64,000 nucleotides of DNA from contig CAVTBV010000009.1 of assembly GCA_963733095.1 (NCBI GenBank), positions 128,001 to 192,000 on the forward strand, written 5' to 3'. How positions within the stretch are numbered: the first letter of the stretch is position 1; each line of letters begins with the position of its first letter. Shown piece after piece: positions 58,203 to 64,000 of the stretch. The position numbers and the translations under genes are program-made. The stretch comes from Candidatus Bathyarchaeota archaeon. GTDB taxonomy: Archaea; Thermoproteota; Bathyarchaeia; Bathyarchaeales; Bathycorpusculaceae. The notes beneath the pieces are model-generated. The model ran no database searches. It saw only the letters and a program-made list of their open reading frames with translations, and had not been told where the DNA came from.

Positions 58203-58323
58203 AAATTATAATGAATGTTCATGTGGCTTCGATAAAGCTGAGACCCGTATAGTTAATGGTCAAGTCTGGATAGTTTGCAGTAATCCCTTATGTCAAAAAG
58301 TACGTTATCGTTCATGGTTCTAA
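58192..58323 (+). CDS. Element 43-aa zinc-ribbon microprotein
   Basis: MVYENYNECSCGFDKAETRIVNGQVWIVCSNPLCQKVRYRSWF. Confidence 0.6.
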   Translation: MVYENYNECSCGFDKAETRIVNGQVWIVCSNPLCQKVRYRSWF

Positions 58324-58821
58324 ACCACTCTCCCCCTAGTTGGAGATTATATACTAATCAAATAATCTCAAAAAAATATGGGCTATTCTAAGGCTGTTTT
58401 TCTTTCTCTCACATAATCGCCTTATTTCCTCACTATAGCTTTTAGGCTAGCTTTTCTTTTTTGGCTTATGCATATCGATTATTATGCTATATCGACCATA
58501 ATAAAATAAAATCAGAGCTAACCCTAAAAATAATTTTTCAAAATATTTTTTGTTTTAGGTCTCTCTATGTGTAAAAAGTTGAAAAAAGGGGCTTAAAATG
58601 GGCTTCTTTTCCATTTTTTTCAAAATTTTCCCTATTTTAGACCCTATTTAAACCAAAAGTTTGTTAAGTTTGCTTCTCAAATCGCTTAAAATACAACTTT
58701 TGGTCCATGCTCACCCAGAGTATTAAAATATTTTCAAAAAGGAGCGTGAAAAAAGACGAAAAATGATAAAACGAAAAAATCTAAGACGGAACCTCAAAAA
58801 GAAGCGTTAAATTACAATTCG

Positions 58822-60111
58822 TTGATAAAAAAAATTGCTGAGAATGGTGACCTTTGCGTTCTCGGCATGAAAGGCACATGTAAAACCACTCTGCTTATGC
58901 ACTTAGCTAGAAACATAATGGAAGACCTAGACAACCACTTGATTATATTTGAGACCTTCCCGAAATGGCAAAAGGAATTCGATATTATACCCTACATGAT
59001 AATAAGCGATAGTGACGTTCAAGAAAAAGAAAATTCGCCATATATGCAAGAAAATTATTCTTATATTCAATGGTCTAAAAACTATGAGATAGCTAACGAA
59101 AGCGAAGTTTTAGAATTTCTAAAGACTAATAGAAATTGCTTATTCCTTATCGAAGCTGAAGACATGGAACGAATAAGCGCCTTTATGGAATTCGTGATTT
59201 ATACATGCTACAGAAAACAATACTTGAGAGCTAAAGCTGAAAACTTAGAGACTGTTAACGCTAATTATTGGTTCTTATGCGAAGAGGCACATAACCTTTT
59301 AGACAGTACAGTACTATCTAAAAAAACCTTTAACAAACTCCGAAAAATGCAGAGCGAATTCAGAAACTTAAAGATGCATCTTATAGTTGTGACTTTACGG
59401 TTACAATCACTTAGCCCAAAAATTAGAAGTACCATGTCTCTTTTGTGTTCCCGTGTAAGTTTGGATGACTACATGCTTAAGCTGAGAGCGTTATTAAGAA
59501 ATAGCGAATACAGAGACCTTATCACAACATTACCCAAAGGCGAATTTGTTTTTCCAGAGACAGACCAAAAATTAACAACTAAGCCATTTAATCAAGCTGG
59601 AAAGCCATATGAATGGAAACCAGAACCAGAGCCAACTATAGAAGAGACCACAGAAGAGCCTAGCTCAGAACCAGAACAGCCTAAAACCATTATGGGATTT
59701 ATAAAGAATCTATTCCACAAAAGCAAACCTGAGATTATAACCCAAAAAGAATACGATAGACTAAACAACTTAGACGATAAAGAATCAGAACCAGAGATAA
59801 AGATAGTTAGGGAAAAAGTTATAGCTATCACAATTAAGAAACCCAGAGCCACAAAACCAAAAACTACAGAGCCGATTAAAGAACCTGAAAAATCAAATAT
59901 GGAAAAGCTAAGAGATGTTTATTCCTCAGATAGCCAAGCATCTAAAGATTATGAAGCTTGGAAGAAAAAAGCTTTAGCCGAAAAGAAGCAAACAGAAACT
60001 AAAGAAGCAGAAACCGAAAGCAAAGAGAGGGAAGACAACATAAATGAAGATTCAAAAGGCGATTTTTTAGCCCTAAATGATGATGATTTAATGTTTAGTG
60101 AAGAGGAATAA
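58822..60111 (+). CDS. FtsK/HerA-superfamily P-loop ATPase with long charged low-complexity tail
   Basis: Walker A GMKGTCKTT, Walker B FLCEEAH, FRN..hhhhT.R...LSP.IR, LPKGEF. Confidence 0.75.
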   Translation: MIKKIAENGDLCVLGMKGTCKTTLLMHLARNIMEDLDNHLIIFETFPKWQKEFDIIPYMIISDSDVQEKENSPYMQENYSYIQWSKNYEIANESEVLEFLKTNRNCLFLIEAEDMERISAFMEFVIYTCYRKQYLRAKAENLETVNANYWFLCEEAHNLLDSTVLSKKTFNKLRKMQSEFRNLKMHLIVVTLRLQSLSPKIRSTMSLLCSRVSLDDYMLKLRALLRNSEYRDLITTLPKGEFVFPETDQKLTTKPFNQAGKPYEWKPEPEPTIEETTEEPSSEPEQPKTIMGFIKNLFHKSKPEIITQKEYDRLNNLDDKESEPEIKIVREKVIAITIKKPRATKPKTTEPIKEPEKSNMEKLRDVYSSDSQASKDYEAWKKKALAEKKQTETKEAETESKEREDNINEDSKGDFLALNDDDLMFSEEE

Positions 60112-60163
60112 AAAAAATGAACAACCACAAAAGTCAAAAATCATATATCCTTAGTTGGGGCTG

Positions 60164-60171
60164 TGGATTCA
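60164..60171 (+). repeat. Candidate attR core TGGATTCA
   Basis: Identical to 50018-50025; 19 nt upstream of the kae1 ATG. Confidence 0.4.
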
Positions 60172-60190
60172 AATATGTATCCCTAGTTAA

Positions 60191-61231
60191 ATGTGGAATG
60201 ACATGAGAAAAACCAAGAACGATGATTCAGGCAAATACTGTTTAGGCGTTGAATCTTCAGCTGACGACTTTGGAGTCGGCATCGCGAGCTTTAGCGGCGA
60301 AATTCTGGCTAACAAATCAGAAGGCTATATCCCAGCAGAAGGCGGAATCCACCCGAGAGAAGCCGCAAGGCACCATTCCGAGGTTGCGGACAAAGTTCTA
60401 AAAGAAGCCTTATCCAAAGCTGGCGTGAAACCGCGGGAATTGTCCGTTATTGCCTTCTCTCAAGGTCCAGGCTTAGGACCTAGCCTGCGAACAGGAGCCA
60501 CAGTTGCCCGAGCTTTAGCCTCATTCCTTGAGGTTCCTTTGGTAGGCGTCAATCATTCCATTGCCCACATCGAAATTGGAAAACTCAAAACAGGAGCCAA
60601 AGACCCCGTTACGCTTTATGCTTCAGGCGGCAACACTATGGTCACAGCTTTCGAGTCGGGACGCTACCGTGTCTTTGGCGAAACCTTAGATATTGCATTG
60701 GGTAACTGCCTTGACGTTTTCGCAAGGGAAGCAGGGCTTAAACATAAGAAGGGTCTGCCTCTTGGCGCAGCCGTGGAGCAGTTGGCGGCTAAGGGTGAGC
60801 GGCTTGTTTCCTTGCCGTATGTGGTTAAAGGCATGGATTTGTCGCTTAGCGGCTTATTGACTGCAGCTATAACCCACTTACAAAAGGGTGATTGTCGGCT
60901 CGAGGACCTGTGTTATAGTCTTCAAGAACACGCTTTCTCCATGGTAACAGAGGTGACTGAGCGGGCGTTGGCACACACCGAGAAGAAAGAAGTTTTGCTC
61001 ACGGGCGGAGTTGCAGCCAATAAACGACTCCAATTGATGCTTAACTCGATTGCTTTAGAACATGATTCAAGCTTTAGCGTGGTTCCCCTAGAGTTTGCAA
61101 CTGACAACGGCGCTATGATTGCTTGGACAGGCGTTTTGGCGTTTAAACATGGGTTGTTTACGGCTTTGGATGAGAGTTTTGTAAAACTACGTTGGCGAGT
61201 CGACAAGGTGGATGTGCCATGGATACAATAG
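60191..61231 (+). CDS. kae1: KEOPS subunit Kae1 (t6A synthesis)
   Basis: LG.ESSA, GGIHP.EA..HH, GPGLGP.L, NH..AH, SGG.T, GET.D.A.G, DNG.MIA. Confidence 0.96.
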   Translation: MWNDMRKTKNDDSGKYCLGVESSADDFGVGIASFSGEILANKSEGYIPAEGGIHPREAARHHSEVADKVLKEALSKAGVKPRELSVIAFSQGPGLGPSLRTGATVARALASFLEVPLVGVNHSIAHIEIGKLKTGAKDPVTLYASGGNTMVTAFESGRYRVFGETLDIALGNCLDVFAREAGLKHKKGLPLGAAVEQLAAKGERLVSLPYVVKGMDLSLSGLLTAAITHLQKGDCRLEDLCYSLQEHAFSMVTEVTERALAHTEKKEVLLTGGVAANKRLQLMLNSIALEHDSSFSVVPLEFATDNGAMIAWTGVLAFKHGLFTALDESFVKLRWRVDKVDVPWIQ

Positions 61232-61887
61232 ATAAAGTCAACTCGGCAAGGCTGCTAAAGAAAGGTGCCGAAGCCAGCTTATTCCTCTCTGAATGGCATC
61301 AGCGAAAAGTAATCATTAAAGTCCGTATTCCAAAAAAGTACCGTCCGCCACAGTTGGATGAGCAAATCCGCAGCTACCGCACCGTCCATGAACCGCAACT
61401 GATGCATGAAGCCAAAATTGCCGGGGTAACGACACCTTTGATTTACATGGTTGACGTGCCTCAATCAACCATCATCATGGAGTTTATTGAGGGCCAACAG
61501 GTAAAACAGGTTCTAAACAAGGTTACAAAAATGGAACGCCACGATTTATGCGTGAGCATCGGTGAATCCATCGCGCGGCTACATATACGCGGATTAATCC
61601 ATGGTGACCTAACCACTTCCAACTTGATTCTAAACCCAAAAGACAAAATCTTCTTTGTGGATTTTGGATTGGGCGAAAAAAACCCAGAGCTTGAAGCCCA
61701 GGGGGTAGACTTGCATCTGCTCAAGCGCGCCCTGCAGAGCACACATTACCCGTTCTGGGAAGAATGCTTCCAGAACGTTCTATGTGGTTATTCATCCATC
61801 GTAGGTGCTGAGTCATTGGAAAAGGTTTATGAGAAAATCCGTGAGATTGAGAGACGTGGACGTTATGTCGAAGAGCGCAAACAGTAA
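61219..61887 (+). CDS. bud32: KEOPS kinase Bud32
   Basis: KGAEA, K.R.PK.YR, HGDLTTSN, DFGL, RGRY. Confidence 0.95.
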   Translation: MDTIDKVNSARLLKKGAEASLFLSEWHQRKVIIKVRIPKKYRPPQLDEQIRSYRTVHEPQLMHEAKIAGVTTPLIYMVDVPQSTIIMEFIEGQQVKQVLNKVTKMERHDLCVSIGESIARLHIRGLIHGDLTTSNLILNPKDKIFFVDFGLGEKNPELEAQGVDLHLLKRALQSTHYPFWEECFQNVLCGYSSIVGAESLEKVYEKIREIERRGRYVEERKQ

Positions 61888-62479
61888 CCTGTGTCTGCTT
61901 CCAAAACGCAAAATTGTCTTCTTTGCAACAGGCAACATTAACAAGTTCAACGAAGCACGCAGTATCCTTAGCCAATTTCGCGTTGCTGTAGGCATGTTAA
62001 AGCTCAAAGGCGACGAAATCCAGAGTGAAAGCCTAAAAGAAATCGCCCAGAAAAGCGCCCTAAACGCCTACAAACGTTGCCACCTTCCCATCTTTGTTGA
62101 GGATGCAGGCTTGTTTGTAGATGCTCTTGGAGGTTTTCCCGGTCCATACGCCGCCTACGTTTTCCACACTATCCACAACAGCGGCATCCTAAAACTTTTG
62201 GAAAACAAGGCTGATAGAAACGCCAAATTCCAGTCAGTTATAGCTTTCCTAGACGAACAAACCCCCTGTGGACCAATCTGCTTTGACGGCGAATCCAAGG
62301 GTGAAATCACCACAACCGAACACAAAGAAAAAGGCAAATCAGGCTTTGGCTTTGATCCCATCTTCCAGCCAGATGGAAGCGGCAAAACTTTTGCGGAGAT
62401 GACTATCGAGGAAAAGAACGTTTACTCGCATAGGGCAGCGTCCATACGCAAATTTGCCCAGTGGTACACACGCGAGTGA
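61865..62479 (+). CDS. rdgB: Non-canonical purine NTP pyrophosphatase (RdgB/HAM1)
   Basis: ATGN..KF.E, EDAGL...ALGGFPGPY, GFG.DP.F, EKN..SHR. Confidence 0.95.
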   Translation: MSKSANSNLCLLPKRKIVFFATGNINKFNEARSILSQFRVAVGMLKLKGDEIQSESLKEIAQKSALNAYKRCHLPIFVEDAGLFVDALGGFPGPYAAYVFHTIHNSGILKLLENKADRNAKFQSVIAFLDEQTPCGPICFDGESKGEITTTEHKEKGKSGFGFDPIFQPDGSGKTFAEMTIEEKNVYSHRAASIRKFAQWYTRE

Positions 62480-62526
62480 GACTCCTAAAAACAAAGTGTT
62501 ATATCCTTATTGTTACATAAGCAGAA

Positions 62527-63057
62527 TTGGATAGGCGGCGGGGTATGATTCACAACGCTGTTAGACAAAGGTCGATAAGTGAAGGTTTAATCACGGCTTT
62601 AGCTGTTGGTGGATTCTTCATCATATTAGGTTCAGTGTTTGCCTTTGCACCTGGCATCGTGAAAAATTCAAACGCCTTCTTCTCAGACCTAACAACTGTA
62701 ACATTTCCGTTTGGCAATCCAGGTTCAACGGTGAGTCTGGTCGCTCCAGCCCACCCAGCCGACCACCAGGCTTTCTACGCTGCGGTGATGAATTTCCTTG
62801 TAGGCGTGGCGGTTCTGCAGATCGTAATCTTAGCTCTAAGGTTGGCGGTGCATTCGCGGATTAGACGAATAGGTCAAAGCGTAGGTGACTTGGTTTTTTG
62901 GCTAGGCGCCGCAGTGGTAGCGAACGTTTTCCTTTCGGCAGGGACATTTACTGGCTGGTTCCAGTTTTGGTCATCACTAATTGTGCTAGTTGGCTTATCG
63001 TTGATTGCAAGGTTCTTTGTGTATTTAGCAGGCAGGTTTAGACGGGAACATGAATAG
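62527..63057 (+). CDS. Membrane protein (about 4 TM)
   Basis: Hydrophobic segments. Confidence 0.7.
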   Translation: MDRRRGMIHNAVRQRSISEGLITALAVGGFFIILGSVFAFAPGIVKNSNAFFSDLTTVTFPFGNPGSTVSLVAPAHPADHQAFYAAVMNFLVGVAVLQIVILALRLAVHSRIRRIGQSVGDLVFWLGAAVVANVFLSAGTFTGWFQFWSSLIVLVGLSLIARFFVYLAGRFRREHE

Positions 63058-63146
63058 GTAACCAAAGAAACTCGGTTTTTTCTGCAGAAGGGATTACTTT
63101 TAAATATTCGTTGGGTGTGGATAAGGGTGCAGTTTAAGGTGTAAGC

Positions 63147-63587
63147 ATGCCAAAGCAAGAAAAAGGGAAATCCCATTCGATGCGTCCTGTCAGCAGGCGC
63201 CCTCCAAGCTGGTGCAAGTATCAGCCTGAAGAAGTTGAATCATTCATAATTAAATTGGCTAAAGAAGGACACTCACTCAGCAGTATAGGAACCATCCTGA
63301 GAGACCAATATGCCATTCCACTCGTAAAACCAATCACGGGCAAGAGCATAAGTGACACACTCAAAGCCTCAAGTCTCGCTCCAGCCATGCCAGAAGACCT
63401 CACAAACCTCATGAAAAAAGCGCAGGGTCTTGCAGTTCACATGGACAAGAACAAGAAAGACCTACATAACAAACGCAACATGCAAATCATCGAAGCCAGA
63501 ATCCACAAGCTCAGCCGCTACTACAAGCGTGAAGGCATTTTAGAGAAGAAATGGAAGTACGTTCCAAAAATCGCTTCCGTAACCTAA
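63147..63587 (+). CDS. rps15: 30S ribosomal protein uS15
   Basis: GKS.S.RP, IG..LRDQY, PEDL..L, KD.HN.R, E.RI.KL.RYY. Confidence 0.97.
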   Translation: MPKQEKGKSHSMRPVSRRPPSWCKYQPEEVESFIIKLAKEGHSLSSIGTILRDQYAIPLVKPITGKSISDTLKASSLAPAMPEDLTNLMKKAQGLAVHMDKNKKDLHNKRNMQIIEARIHKLSRYYKREGILEKKWKYVPKIASVT

Positions 63588-63680
63588 ACATTACCTTTCT
63601 TTTTAATTTTGTATTTTACCGTTTCTTGATGCGCCAGCTTTAAATCCAATTACCGCCTTTAAGCCCGAGAAGTGAGAGGC

Positions 63681-64000
63681 ATGGCTGCACAGCAACAACA
63701 AAACATCGATGGCTTCTTAGCAGCGGCGAACGAAGCGGCAAAAGTAATTTTAGAAACGGTCAAAAAAGACGGTTTTATTTTGGTGTTTTCGCATTTAGAC
63801 GCCGACGGCGTTGCTGCAGCTGGAATCATGGGCAAAATGCTCAGTCGACTCGACGCCCGGTTCCGCATAAAGGTTATGCAGTGGATGGACGATAAAATCG
63901 TCGGCGAAGTCATCATAGACAAACCCCAACTGGTAATCATGACTGATTTTGGCAGCGGCTACCTTGACCTGCTCAACGAAAAAATCCCAAACTTCAAGGT
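63681..64000 (+). CDS. DHH-family RecJ-like protein (5' part; runs off window end)
   Basis: MAAQQQQNIDGFL...FSHLDADGVAAAG...TDFGSG; usual position after rps15. Confidence 0.88.
   Translation, partial: MAAQQQQNIDGFLAAANEAAKVILETVKKDGFILVFSHLDADGVAAAGIMGKMLSRLDARFRIKVMQWMDDKIVGEVIIDKPQLVIMTDFGSGYLDLLNEKIPNFK

Larger units (their letters stand above)
50018..60171. mobile_element. Integrated element (provirus or integrative plasmid-like), about 10.2 kb
   Basis: Integrase at the left end, visibly AT-rich, orphan genes, P-loop ATPase; interrupts the divergent TFE-beta/kae1 intergenic region; TGGATTCA at both ends. Confidence 0.85.

Noticed and set aside
58741-58821. Programmed frameshift into the ATPase from upstream GTG or ATG mini-ORFs over A-runs
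   Set aside because: A-runs are common in this AT-rich region and the TTG at 58822 already gives a complete Walker A strand; it cannot be told apart from chance or a homopolymer error.

Overview
Archaeal chromosomal segment, most consistent with Bathyarchaeia (TACK). That placement is inferred from TFE alpha and beta, aTrm56, aMBF1, archaeal NAC, Cdc48, a non-catalytic proteasome beta subunit, arcadin-1, separate Kae1/Bud32 and large PQQ-propeller surface proteins. Most of the window is housekeeping: translation and tRNA modification, GlmS, a tungsten AOR, an ABC-2 exporter and NAD synthesis. No rRNA, tRNA or CRISPR array was recognised. Main points: (1) A ~10 kb AT-rich integrated element (~50018-60171) sits between TFE-beta and kae1. 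It encodes an intact tyrosine integrase, an FtsK/HerA-like ATPase, a HEPN-like protein and several orphan ORFs. It has a candidate 8-bp att core and apparently no GATC sites. It also contains two self-complementary non-coding regions, one with ten oriented CCGACA/TGTCGG hexamers. (2) At the mbf1-hflX junction, the HflX N-terminus has no canonical start codon, suggesting ACG initiation or a -1 frameshift at CGA AAG that would give an MBF1-HflX fusion. (3) A variant fluoride riboswitch lies upstream of crcB. (4) Several Cys/His-rich microproteins fall below the ORF-track cut-off. All family calls are by-eye motif recognition, not database searches.
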